The notes under the pieces were generated by a model. That model had not been told where the DNA came from. It did not search any database and worked only from the letters and a program-made list of their open reading frames with translations. A program made the position numbers and the translations under genes. From an uncultured Chryseobacterium sp. (lineage in GTDB: Bacteria; Bacteroidota; Bacteroidia; UBA10329), in NCBI GenBank assembly GCA_964488095.1, contig CAZATP010000006.1, forward strand, positions 53,262 to 117,261: a DNA stretch of 64,000 nucleotides. The letters are read 5' to 3'. Positions 54,160 to 62,598 of the stretch are shown here, in pieces (positions within the stretch are counted from its first letter, which is position 1; every line of letters begins with the position of its first letter).

Positions 54160-56103
54160 TTAAGAGTGTTGCATCGGCTCCACCCAATCTCCGTGCTGGC
54201 GGATGAGGTCGATGAGCTCATCTAAGGCGTGTTCTGACGGGATGCTCTTCTTGACCACCTCGCGGCCTTTGTAGAGCGTGATCTTGCCTTTCCCCACGCC
54301 CACATACCCATAGTCGGCATCGGCCATTTCGCCCGGACCGTTGACGATGCAGCCCATGATGCCGATCTTGATGCCTTTGAGATGCTGGGTGCGGCTGCGG
54401 ATCATGGCGGTGGTCTCCTGAAGGTCGAAGAGCGTACGGCCACAGCTGGGACAACTGATGTACTCCGTCTTGGAGATGCGCATGCGAGCGGCTTGCAATA
54501 TGCCGAAGGCGGTGCTGTTGAGCAATTTGTCGCTGCCGCAGTTCACGGCTGAGATGAAGACGCCATCGCCCAGACCATCAATGAGCAATGCGCCCATATC
54601 GGTAGCGCTGAAGAGCTGTAACCGCTCTTCGCTGAGGGCTTCATAATAACGGCCGATGATGACGGGGACATCACAGTCATGCTCCATCAGTCGGAAGAAC
54701 AGCCTGCGCTGCTCGGCCATGCCGTGTGGATGCCACGTGTCGATGAGGAGCACTGCTGTGGAGTCGGCCTTCAGCTTGGTGATGAGGGTGTCGGTGAGGT
54801 CAGACAACGTGCAATAGACCAAGTTGAGGTCGGGATGCAGGTCGCTTTCTTCCAGATATTCCTTGGGTTGCAGATGCGGGTATCTGCGGGGGCGATGGCC
54901 TTCGCTTCTCCACGTCTTTAGGTTGTAGAAGATGCCGAGGGTGCCGGGAATCTCAAAGTCTGCAATGCGGTCACCCAGATAGACGAAGTCGCAGGCCTGA
55001 TCGGTGAGGTTCCATTTATCCAACGGAACGGAGTAATGATAGCCGAGGGCAAAGAACGAAGCGGGGGTGATGTTCTCCCGTGCGCTTAGGTCGGCCATGA
55101 CGCGGGGCACATTGCTGCCACCGATGTTCAGCACCTCGCGGGTCTTTCTGCGGCTGTGTTCAAAGGGATTTATTGGGATGCTACCAATGGCAGGGATGGC
55201 CCAATCGCCTTTACGGTCGGTGGCGTAACGCTCTACCAAGGCCTTCGCCACAGGAATCTCAAATTCGGGGTCTTCGGTGAGGGAAACACGTACAGTGTCG
55301 CCTAGTCCATCCTCTAAGAGAGTGCCAATACCCACAGCGGATTTGATGCGGCCGTCCTCGCCTTCGCCCGCTTCGGTCACACCGAGGTGGAGCGGATAGT
55401 CCATATTCTCAGCAATCATCTTGGACACGAGCAGGCGGTAGGCTTCCACCATCACCTGCGTGTTGCTCGATTTCATGGAGAGCACGATCTCGTGGAAATC
55501 CTCCTCGCGGCAGATGCGCAGGAATTCCATGGCCGATTCGACCATGCCGAGGGCGGTATCGCCATAGCGGCTCATGATGCGGTCGGAGAGCGAGCCGTGG
55601 TTGGTGCCGATGCGCATGGCCGTGCCGTGCTCCTTGCAGAGCTTAACCAATGGAAGGAAGCGGGCCTTGATGCGCTCCAGCTCCAAGGCGTAGGAGGCAT
55701 CGGTGTAGTCGATCTCTTCGAACTTCTTCTTATCGGCATAGTTGCCGGGGTTCACACGCACCTTCTCCACAATGCGGGCGGCCACCTCGGCAGCGTTGGG
55801 CGTGAAATGGATGTCGGCACAGATGGGCGTGTCGTAGCCGCGTTTGCGCAGTTCTGCCTTGATGCTGGCGAGGTTGTGGGCCTCGTTGACGCTGGGAGCG
55901 GTGATGCGCACCAGTTCGCATCCGGCCTTTATCATGCGGATGCTCTGCGCCACGGTGGCCTCGGTGTCCATCGTGTCGGTGGTGGTCATGCTCTGCACCC
56001 GGATAGGATTGGTGCCTCCCAGTTTCAATCCACCGATGTTCACCTCCCGGGTGCGGAAACGGCTGTATTCGGTGAGGCTGTTGCAGTAGGGCGCGAAGGA
56101 CAT
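54160..56103 (-). CDS. ispG: 4-hydroxy-3-methylbut-2-en-1-yl diphosphate synthase, long form with inserted domain
   Basis: 647 aa from the ATG at complement 56101-56103 (MSFAPYCNSL...). RVQSMTTTDT, SCPSCGRT and GCIVNGPGEMADADYGYVG motifs. A large insertion lies between the TIM-barrel and the 4Fe-4S domain. Confidence 0.9.
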   Translation of the reverse strand: MSFAPYCNSLTEYSRFRTREVNIGGLKLGGTNPIRVQSMTTTDTMDTEATVAQSIRMIKAGCELVRITAPSVNEAHNLASIKAELRKRGYDTPICADIHFTPNAAEVAARIVEKVRVNPGNYADKKKFEEIDYTDASYALELERIKARFLPLVKLCKEHGTAMRIGTNHGSLSDRIMSRYGDTALGMVESAMEFLRICREEDFHEIVLSMKSSNTQVMVEAYRLLVSKMIAENMDYPLHLGVTEAGEGEDGRIKSAVGIGTLLEDGLGDTVRVSLTEDPEFEIPVAKALVERYATDRKGDWAIPAIGSIPINPFEHSRRKTREVLNIGGSNVPRVMADLSARENITPASFFALGYHYSVPLDKWNLTDQACDFVYLGDRIADFEIPGTLGIFYNLKTWRSEGHRPRRYPHLQPKEYLEESDLHPDLNLVYCTLSDLTDTLITKLKADSTAVLLIDTWHPHGMAEQRRLFFRLMEHDCDVPVIIGRYYEALSEERLQLFSATDMGALLIDGLGDGVFISAVNCGSDKLLNSTAFGILQAARMRISKTEYISCPSCGRTLFDLQETTAMIRSRTQHLKGIKIGIMGCIVNGPGEMADADYGYVGVGKGKITLYKGREVVKKSIPSEHALDELIDLIRQHGDWVEPMQHS

Positions 56104-56123
56104 GATGTGTAGCGTGTTTGCAG

Positions 56124-56131
56124 CAAAGTTA
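56124..56131 (-). promoter_or_regulatory. Bacteroidota -7 promoter box (TAACTTTG on minus strand) for ispG
   Basis: Plus-strand CAAAGTTA, 20 nt upstream of the ATG at 56103. Confidence 0.5.
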
Positions 56132-56163
56132 GGTTGCCACAACAGCCGAGGCCCGCACAAGGT

Positions 56164-56889
56164 TCACCTCACCATCAACCGGCCGCGGTACACCTTCCCT
56201 GACGCACAAAGTGCGGTGATGCTGTACAGTCCGCTGGGCACATCCTGGGTCGACAACGTGCACTCACTCTTGGGTGTCAGGATTACTTGTCGGCCCGAGA
56301 TGTCGGTCATGACCACCTGCACCACGCGCTCTCCGGCAGGAACCTTCCATCTTACATCGCCCTCGGTAGGATTGGGGTAGAGCCCCAATGATTCCGACCC
56401 CTCCCGGAACTGTGCCGGTGCGCTCAGTGGGGGCGCGAGATAGAAAGTCACAATCTTAGGATTCAAGGCCTCCTGTGGAGGTACGGTAGGCCCAAAAGTG
56501 ATACGCGGCCAAACCACCACCACATTGTCCCCTATGGCGAGATGGTCATCGTTGGAGGTGAAAAAGTGGGTTACTATAACAGTTTCCTGAGCCTGTGACG
56601 CCACGAAGTTGGCATTCATCACGCTCGAATCTGCGGTGATAGTGGTCTGTGGTACAGGGAAGGACAAGACCGTTTCGATGTTCCCTTGAAACCCCAATGC
56701 GCTCTGATTGGTGAACAGCATGGTGAAGCTGATGGTCTGCCCATCGTAAATGGTGTCTGGGAAGCCCAGCACCGTGTCCACGTTCAGGAAGTATGTGTTC
56801 TGAGCCTTACTCTGGGCCGAGCAAAGCATGCAGACCCACATGGCCAGAGCAGTGATGGAGAGTTGACGATGGTTCCTCATGGCAATCAT
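56164..56889 (-). CDS. Small secreted protein of unknown function with T9SS type A C-terminal domain
   Basis: Start set to the ATG at complement 56887-56889 (MIAMRNHRQLSITALAMWVCMLCSAQS), 6 nt downstream of a -7 box. C-terminus LYPNPTEGDVRWKV...GLYSITALCASGKVYRGRLMVR. Confidence 0.6.
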   Translation of the reverse strand: MIAMRNHRQLSITALAMWVCMLCSAQSKAQNTYFLNVDTVLGFPDTIYDGQTISFTMLFTNQSALGFQGNIETVLSFPVPQTTITADSSVMNANFVASQAQETVIVTHFFTSNDDHLAIGDNVVVVWPRITFGPTVPPQEALNPKIVTFYLAPPLSAPAQFREGSESLGLYPNPTEGDVRWKVPAGERVVQVVMTDISGRQVILTPKSECTLSTQDVPSGLYSITALCASGKVYRGRLMVR

Positions 56890-56895
56890 TTTGGT

Positions 56896-56903
56896 CAAAG
56901 GTA
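56896..56903 (-). promoter_or_regulatory. Bacteroidota -7 promoter box (TACCTTTG on minus strand), leaderless spacing
   Basis: Plus-strand CAAAGGTA. It lies inside the longer track ORF (to 56952), 6 nt from the ATG at 56889. Confidence 0.45.
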
Positions 56904-56966
56904 GAAGGGACATCCATGAAGGTGTGACGTACTTTTCGGAATTCTTACGCATTCAAATCCCGATCG

Positions 56967-58424
56967 ATGGACGTTCTTGAGCAGATGATAGCCCGAATGG
57001 GCAAAGAGGAGTTGCGGTTCTTCCGCATGTATGCCTTGCGCATGGATGTGAAGGGACCTCGGAAGGACATCGACCTCTTCGACCGGATGAAGGATGCGGG
57101 CGACCGCTTCCATGAGGAGGAGACAATAGCCGCATTATACCCTGACGGCAACCGCAACGCCTATTATCGCCTCAAGAACCGCCTCAAGACCGAGTTGGGC
57201 AAAAGCCTGCTGTTGCAGCATATTGATAGTGAAGATACCTCACAGGTGCTGCACTATCTCTTGTTGGCAAGACACTACCAGTCCAGGAATGCCTACTCCT
57301 TGGCCGAGCATTATCTGCGCAAGGCCGAGCGCAAGGCCGATGCGCTGGAGAGTCACGAACTGCTCGACCTCATTTACACGGAGTTCATCCGACTCTCGCA
57401 GGAGGTGGTAACGATTGATCCCGAGACGTACATCGTCAAACGGAGGGAGAACGGGGAGCAGCTGCGCATCCTCAGGCAGATGGACGATATCCTCGCCACG
57501 GTGAAATACCGACTGAAGGTGACCCAGAACTTCTCTCCGGTGGACAATCCCGTGGTGGACATGCTCTTCGATACGGTGGAAAGGCTCTCGTCAGACGAGC
57601 GGGTGCGGCAGGGAACGCAATTGCGGTTCAAGATGTATCAGGCTGTGAGTCAGGTGCTGCTGCAGCAGCATGACTATCCGAACCTGGAGGATTACCTTCT
57701 GAAGACCTACGCGCAATTCGACAGCGAGAAGCTCTTCAACCGGGCCAACCATCAGACCAAGTTGCAGATGCTGACGTACATCGTCAACGCGCTTTTCAAG
57801 AACGGGAAGGTGAAGGAATCGCTGCAATGGGCCGAGCGTCTGCATGCCGCCATGGAGGAGTTCGACCGGTCGCACTACGACCGATTCCTGTTCTTCTACT
57901 ACAACTCGCTGGTGATCAACTACACGAAGACCGACCTCGACAAGGCCATCGCTTTGCTGTTGGAACTGGAGAATCATCCGAAACTGAAGGACACCGAGTA
58001 TTACCTCATTTTCGTGCATCTGAATCTGGCCATCTTCTATTTCGACAAGGGCGAGCATAGGCTGGCGGTGCGCAGGCTCAACCAGCTCTATCACCACGAG
58101 CGGTATGCCCACACGGCCGTGGGGCTGCGGCTGCGCATCGCAGTACTGGAAATCATGATTCGGATAGAATTGGCCGATGGCGATTTTTTGGAGCAGCGGC
58201 TGCGGCAGGTTCGGCAGGAGTTTGCCGACCAGCTTTCGAAAGGGGAGAACGTGCGCGAGGCCGAGCTGCTCATCATCATCGAAAAACTGTTCCTCAAGGC
58301 CATCTCGCCCCGCGACACAGCTATGCGCAGGCAATTGGACAGCTTCACCACGGGCGTATCCATGGAAGAGCAGGATGCAGAACTGGTCAATTACAATCGT
58401 TGGTTGGAGCAGAAAGTCGGGTAG
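56967..58424 (+). CDS. Hypothetical all-helical (TPR-like) cytoplasmic protein
   Basis: 485 aa with no signal peptide. Leu/Tyr/Arg-rich helical-repeat composition (e.g. AYSLAEHYLRKAE, EYYLIFVHLNLAIFYFDKGEHRLAVRRL). No catalytic motif recognised. Confidence 0.6.
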   Translation: MDVLEQMIARMGKEELRFFRMYALRMDVKGPRKDIDLFDRMKDAGDRFHEEETIAALYPDGNRNAYYRLKNRLKTELGKSLLLQHIDSEDTSQVLHYLLLARHYQSRNAYSLAEHYLRKAERKADALESHELLDLIYTEFIRLSQEVVTIDPETYIVKRRENGEQLRILRQMDDILATVKYRLKVTQNFSPVDNPVVDMLFDTVERLSSDERVRQGTQLRFKMYQAVSQVLLQQHDYPNLEDYLLKTYAQFDSEKLFNRANHQTKLQMLTYIVNALFKNGKVKESLQWAERLHAAMEEFDRSHYDRFLFFYYNSLVINYTKTDLDKAIALLLELENHPKLKDTEYYLIFVHLNLAIFYFDKGEHRLAVRRLNQLYHHERYAHTAVGLRLRIAVLEIMIRIELADGDFLEQRLRQVRQEFADQLSKGENVREAELLIIIEKLFLKAISPRDTAMRRQLDSFTTGVSMEEQDAELVNYNRWLEQKVG

Positions 58425-58429
58425 ATTCA

Positions 58430-58454
58430 GGAAAATGGGAATGGAGAAAATGGA
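58430..58454. repeat. Left arm of the perfect 25-bp inverted repeat
   Basis: GGAAAATGGGAATGGAGAAAATGGA. It starts 5 nt after the TAG at 58422-58424 and ends 1 nt before the ATG at 58456. Confidence 0.95.
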
Positions 58455-58455
58455 T

Positions 58456-58905
58456 ATGTCTGTGAAGGAGCGGTTGCTGAAGCACTGTCTGGCCGTGGCG
58501 AAGGGGAAGGAGAGGCTGTTGAAGGCGGAGATTGATTCCGCGCAGCAATCGACCGCATCGGAAGGGAAGAGCACCGCTGGCGATAAGCATGAGACCGGCC
58601 GCGCCATGATGCATCTGGAACTGGAGAAACTGCAGCGGCAACTGGCCGAGGCGCAGATGCTGGTCTCTGATCTGGAGCGGATAGACCCATCGGTGAGCTG
58701 TTCAAGAGCCGGACTGGGCGCCATGATCATCACAGACGGGGGGGTATTCTATATCGCCACGGGATTGGGCAAGGTGGAGTGGGAGGGAGCGCCCTGCTTC
58801 GTGCTATCGGTAAAGGCCCCGATAGCGGCACAGTTCCTCGGAAAGACGGTTGGCGATGAGGTGAGGATGAATGGGGTAGTGTACAAAGTGCTGGCGGTAG
58901 TCTGA
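58456..58905 (+). CDS. GreA/GreB C-terminal-domain-like small protein (family often mis-annotated as 3-oxoacyl-ACP synthase in Bacteroidota)
   Basis: 149 aa: MSVKERLLKHC...STAGDKHETGRAMMHLELEKLQRQLAEAQ (coiled-coil part), then ...GLGAMIITDGGVFYIATGLG...PIAAQFLGKTVGDEVRMNGVVYKVLAVV (GreA-C-like). Alternative in-frame ATGs at 58435, 58441 and 58450 lie inside the repeat arm. Confidence 0.7.
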   Translation: MSVKERLLKHCLAVAKGKERLLKAEIDSAQQSTASEGKSTAGDKHETGRAMMHLELEKLQRQLAEAQMLVSDLERIDPSVSCSRAGLGAMIITDGGVFYIATGLGKVEWEGAPCFVLSVKAPIAAQFLGKTVGDEVRMNGVVYKVLAVV

Positions 58906-58955
58906 ATGCCTATGATGGATATGGGCCGGTGGCTGCGGGCCAGATTCCACCATTT

Positions 58956-58980
58956 TCCATTTTCTCCATTCCCATTTTCC
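58956..58980. repeat. Right arm of the perfect 25-bp inverted repeat
   Basis: TCCATTTTCTCCATTCCCATTTTCC is the exact reverse complement of 58430-58454. It ends 6 nt before the minus-strand stop at 58987-58989. Confidence 0.95.
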
Positions 58981-58986
58981 CCATCT

Positions 58987-61900
58987 TCAGAAAAACGCCC
59001 TCACTTGCACATTGCCCGTGTGGATGGCATCATTGTCACCGCTCTTGCGGCCATTGTACTGCAGGTTGAGCTGCATGTTCTTGCCCAACTTGGTCTGGAA
59101 GAGCACGCCCCACGTGTAGTTGGCGCCATTCTTCAGGCCGTCCAGCATCTCGAACTCGACCGTGGTGCCTTCGAGGCCGTTGTAGGTGATGCTGATGAAG
59201 TTGAACGTGGCATTCACACTTCCCCGTTGCAGGATGTTGTATTTGGCCTCGATGCCCGCATCGCGCAGGAATGCCGCCTGTCCCAGCCCTTCGGCCAATG
59301 CATTGATCCGCTCGGTGTAGCGGAACGATCCCCGCACCCTGAACTTGGTGCCCAGCTGATAGACCAGCTGCGGTTCGAGGAAATAGTAGTCTATCTCGTA
59401 GTTGTTGCTGTTGAAGAAGTCGGAGATGGCCGTCTTTCTTCCCGGTTCATACTCCATGTTGAAGGTGAAACTCTTGCTGATGTTCCAGCGCGATTTGAGA
59501 TTGTGCGAGCTGCGGGTGCGCGTCTCGAACCCGTTGGCCAGCGAGGTCTTGGTGCGGGTGTCCTGAAAAGTGTAGTCGCCACCCACCTTCGAGCTGCTAC
59601 GGTTGAAGAAGAACGTGTTGCGGAAACTGCTGGTGAGCGTGACCAGCGATGTGTCGGCCACCGAGCTGAAGAATGGGTCGAAGGCCTGAAGCAGGTCGGT
59701 GCGCTGTATCCTGCGGTCCATGCTGTAAACGAACTGGTTGCTGAGGCGCGAGAGGAACTTGAGCATGCCTTTCTTGTTGGCCCACAGCACCCGAGGGTTG
59801 ATGTTGATGGCCTCGCTGAACTGCGTGGTGTACACCTTCTGAAAATCGTCTGTGGGTATGAACACGCGGATGTATTTGGCCGTGTCCTGATAGATGGCCG
59901 GCACGTATTCATCCAGTTCCTTGATACCGTTGCCGTTCTGGTCTATCCAATTGAAAGCACCCTGTCCGGGCACCACTTCCAGATAGACGAACTCCTTACG
60001 GCTCTCCAGACCCGATCCCACTTCGTAGAATGTGTTGCTGGTGATGGTGCCCTTGAGCACCGACAGATAGTACTCCAAGCGGTTGATGAGCGTGTTATCT
60101 GGCTGCTGATTGCTCAGGTCGCTGTCCTTGATCTCCAATCTGCGATAGGTGATGGTGCCTTTGAGAACGCTGTTCGGATTCTTACCCAGCACACCGCTCA
60201 GCCCGAAACTCTCGCCCACACTGCTGTAGGCCAGTTCGTTCAGTTTGGGCAGCATATCGTCTCTCCGTTGGTAGAAGAGGGAGTAGGAGTTCTTCCACGT
60301 GGCCGGGCTCTTGATGTAGATCTTGGCATCGTTCCACATGTAGCTTGCCGCAAGGAGCGAATCGGTGCCGCTGGCCTTGAACCGGTTGTCCTCAAACTGG
60401 TTCTGCCCACCGATGACGAACCATTTGAACTTCTGCTCCGCATCGAGAATGAAACGCCCGAAACGGTTGTCGGTCACCTCGCCATCTGAACTGATATAGC
60501 TGCCGGTGAAACGCATGCTGAATCCCTTGTGGTCCAGTTTGGAATCAATGGCGTGCTGGTTGGCATTGAAAACACTCTGATTGATGAACGAACGGAAGGT
60601 GTAGGCCAGTTCGCCCACATTCCTTCGCACGAGGCCCACCGTGGCCGATGAGATGTATTGTGCCACGGGGGTGGCACTCTGCTGCAGGTTCCAGTCGCGC
60701 TCGAATTCAACAGTACGGAAGCGCTCCACGGGGCGGAAGGTCTCGCTCACGTGCTCAAAGTCCACGGCCGTCTTCAACGCCCATTTGGCCGAATCGCCCT
60801 TGCCATCGAGCGGAACGCGGTGTTCGTAGCGCACCTTCACCCCATAACCCAGATTGTCCTCGTTGTCCACGCTCGAAAAGCGGTTGAGGTCGGTGTTCGA
60901 CAGCGCACCTTCCACCGTGGCCTTGCCGTTCTTGCCCACCAGATATTCGGCACCGAGCGTGAAAAGCTGGCTCTGCTTGGGGGTGATGAGTTTCTGGATG
61001 GGCAGATAGCGGCCCTGCCGAGCGCCTGTGAGCGAATCGGGCCTCACCCATTGATACACGCGTCCGTTGGCCGTGCTTGTCACCTGCACATAGTCGCCAT
61101 TGCCAAGGCCCACATCTGAGAACACCACCTGATAGAAGGCGGTGGCCGGGTCGAAGCTCTGCGTGAATACCTCCTCGAAAAAGGCCGGAACGCCCATCAC
61201 CGTCACGGTGGTGTCGGTCTTTCGGTAGCGCACCTGATCGTTGGTATAGCCTACCGAATCTGCCGAGGGCAGTATGGCCAGATCGAGGTTATCGCCTATG
61301 GAATCGAGCAAGCGGAACTGCTCCTCGTTGATGTTGATGTTGGACACCGGATTCTTGCTGTCCTGCTCCGAGTATAGGTTGAAGCGCACCTTCACCTTGT
61401 TCTTCTCGTAGTTGAGCCCAGCATGGAATAGCGATCGCGAGTAGTTGCGCTCAGAGTATTGGAATTCGACCACGATGCGCGAATCCTTGCTGATGAGCCG
61501 CTTGGAGGTGAAGGTGATCTCGGCCGTGTTGTAGTTGATGATGTAGTCGTTCTCCTGCCCGCGTGTCAGCAGTTTTCCATCTATGTAGACCATCTCTGTG
61601 CCCGCGATGATGACGATGAAGGGCTCGTTCTCCGCACCGCGCAGCAGGTAGGGGCCCTGATTGCCTTCCACACCATTGAATATCTGCCGGCTGAATTTTC
61701 CCTTGGAAAGCGCCCCGCTGCCGTCCACCTCAAAGAAACCCGGATGGGGGTCTGTGACGCGTTTCTTGCGGATGTCAAAACGGTGTTTGATGCGCAGGCC
61801 CTGTGCGCGTTTCAGGAAGTTCATGAAATAGCTGGGCGGACGGTCTATGCGGAAATCACCAGCGGTCAGCTCCGTCTTGTCCGTGAAGAGTTGGATGTAT

Positions 61901-62499
61901 ATCTGGTCGAAATCCTGCAACTGCTGGGTGTTGCCTTCGGGCTGGAACGGGATGTTGTTGTCCGTGATCACCGCCCGGATGCCGATCTGCGGGGTGATCT
62001 GCCCTGTCAGGTTCAGGTTGAGGCTCGATGTGACACCGAGGTCCTGATTGTTTCCCACCTGAATGCCGCGCGATATGGACCCGCTCTTATTCAGAGTGCC
62101 AAGGTCGAAGAGCTCATCCACGCTCCGTTTCTTCACCGTGTAGGAGAATGGATTGATTGGTTCATTGACCTTCGATGTGATGAGGGCGGGGTCCTTATTG
62201 AACGTCCTTTGAGAGAAGAGCAGGGAGAAGACCCGATAGTTGGCAGTAAGCGTCTGTCCGCGCAGTGCTGGCGTGGCGATGAGCCTGCCAGAGAACCATT
62301 CGAGGCAGAACAGACTGTCTGGCACTGGGGCACCATCCTGCATTTTCAGCCTGAAGCTCTCTGGAATGACACTCAGCGTGTCGATGGAAATAGTGTCCGA
62401 GTCGATGATGAGCTGTCGGCTGCGGAGGTTGTTCCATTCCTGAGCCACTGCGCCCGTAGCGCAGCACAGCAGTAGGAATAGGATGCACAGTGGACGCAT
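58987..62499 (-). CDS. Large predicted outer-membrane beta-barrel protein of unknown function
   Basis: 1170 aa. Signal peptide MRPLCILFLLLCCATGAVAQ. Alternating beta-strand-like composition rich in Y/F/N/G/T. C-terminal ...NVQVRAFF (terminal Phe, typical of OM barrels). Confidence 0.7.
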   Translation of the reverse strand: MRPLCILFLLLCCATGAVAQEWNNLRSRQLIIDSDTISIDTLSVIPESFRLKMQDGAPVPDSLFCLEWFSGRLIATPALRGQTLTANYRVFSLLFSQRTFNKDPALITSKVNEPINPFSYTVKKRSVDELFDLGTLNKSGSISRGIQVGNNQDLGVTSSLNLNLTGQITPQIGIRAVITDNNIPFQPEGNTQQLQDFDQIYIQLFTDKTELTAGDFRIDRPPSYFMNFLKRAQGLRIKHRFDIRKKRVTDPHPGFFEVDGSGALSKGKFSRQIFNGVEGNQGPYLLRGAENEPFIVIIAGTEMVYIDGKLLTRGQENDYIINYNTAEITFTSKRLISKDSRIVVEFQYSERNYSRSLFHAGLNYEKNKVKVRFNLYSEQDSKNPVSNININEEQFRLLDSIGDNLDLAILPSADSVGYTNDQVRYRKTDTTVTVMGVPAFFEEVFTQSFDPATAFYQVVFSDVGLGNGDYVQVTSTANGRVYQWVRPDSLTGARQGRYLPIQKLITPKQSQLFTLGAEYLVGKNGKATVEGALSNTDLNRFSSVDNEDNLGYGVKVRYEHRVPLDGKGDSAKWALKTAVDFEHVSETFRPVERFRTVEFERDWNLQQSATPVAQYISSATVGLVRRNVGELAYTFRSFINQSVFNANQHAIDSKLDHKGFSMRFTGSYISSDGEVTDNRFGRFILDAEQKFKWFVIGGQNQFEDNRFKASGTDSLLAASYMWNDAKIYIKSPATWKNSYSLFYQRRDDMLPKLNELAYSSVGESFGLSGVLGKNPNSVLKGTITYRRLEIKDSDLSNQQPDNTLINRLEYYLSVLKGTITSNTFYEVGSGLESRKEFVYLEVVPGQGAFNWIDQNGNGIKELDEYVPAIYQDTAKYIRVFIPTDDFQKVYTTQFSEAININPRVLWANKKGMLKFLSRLSNQFVYSMDRRIQRTDLLQAFDPFFSSVADTSLVTLTSSFRNTFFFNRSSSKVGGDYTFQDTRTKTSLANGFETRTRSSHNLKSRWNISKSFTFNMEYEPGRKTAISDFFNSNNYEIDYYFLEPQLVYQLGTKFRVRGSFRYTERINALAEGLGQAAFLRDAGIEAKYNILQRGSVNATFNFISITYNGLEGTTVEFEMLDGLKNGANYTWGVLFQTKLGKNMQLNLQYNGRKSGDNDAIHTGNVQVRAFF

Positions 62500-62598
62500 C
62501 TGACAGGGCGGGTCACGGGGTCAACAAGTATAGCGTTTCCCACTGCGGCATATCCCCGCACAGGAAACCTGACCTAACGCAGAAACACGGAGGATGTG

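Noticed and set aside
58435-58455. Upstream in-frame ATGs (58435, 58441, 58450) as the start of the GreA-like gene
   Set aside because: They lie inside the repeat arm and would add MGMEKMD. The remembered family members begin close to the MSVKE-equivalent position. The choice does not affect the inversion argument, because the arm is duplicated.
58420-58990. The inverted-repeat cassette as a classical IS or MITE with target-site duplication
   Set aside because: The sequences immediately outside the arms (GATTCA on the left, CCATCT on the right) are not direct repeats. No transposase is encoded, and the interior is a conserved-looking cellular gene. A relic element cannot be fully excluded, so it is kept as an alternative in the finding.
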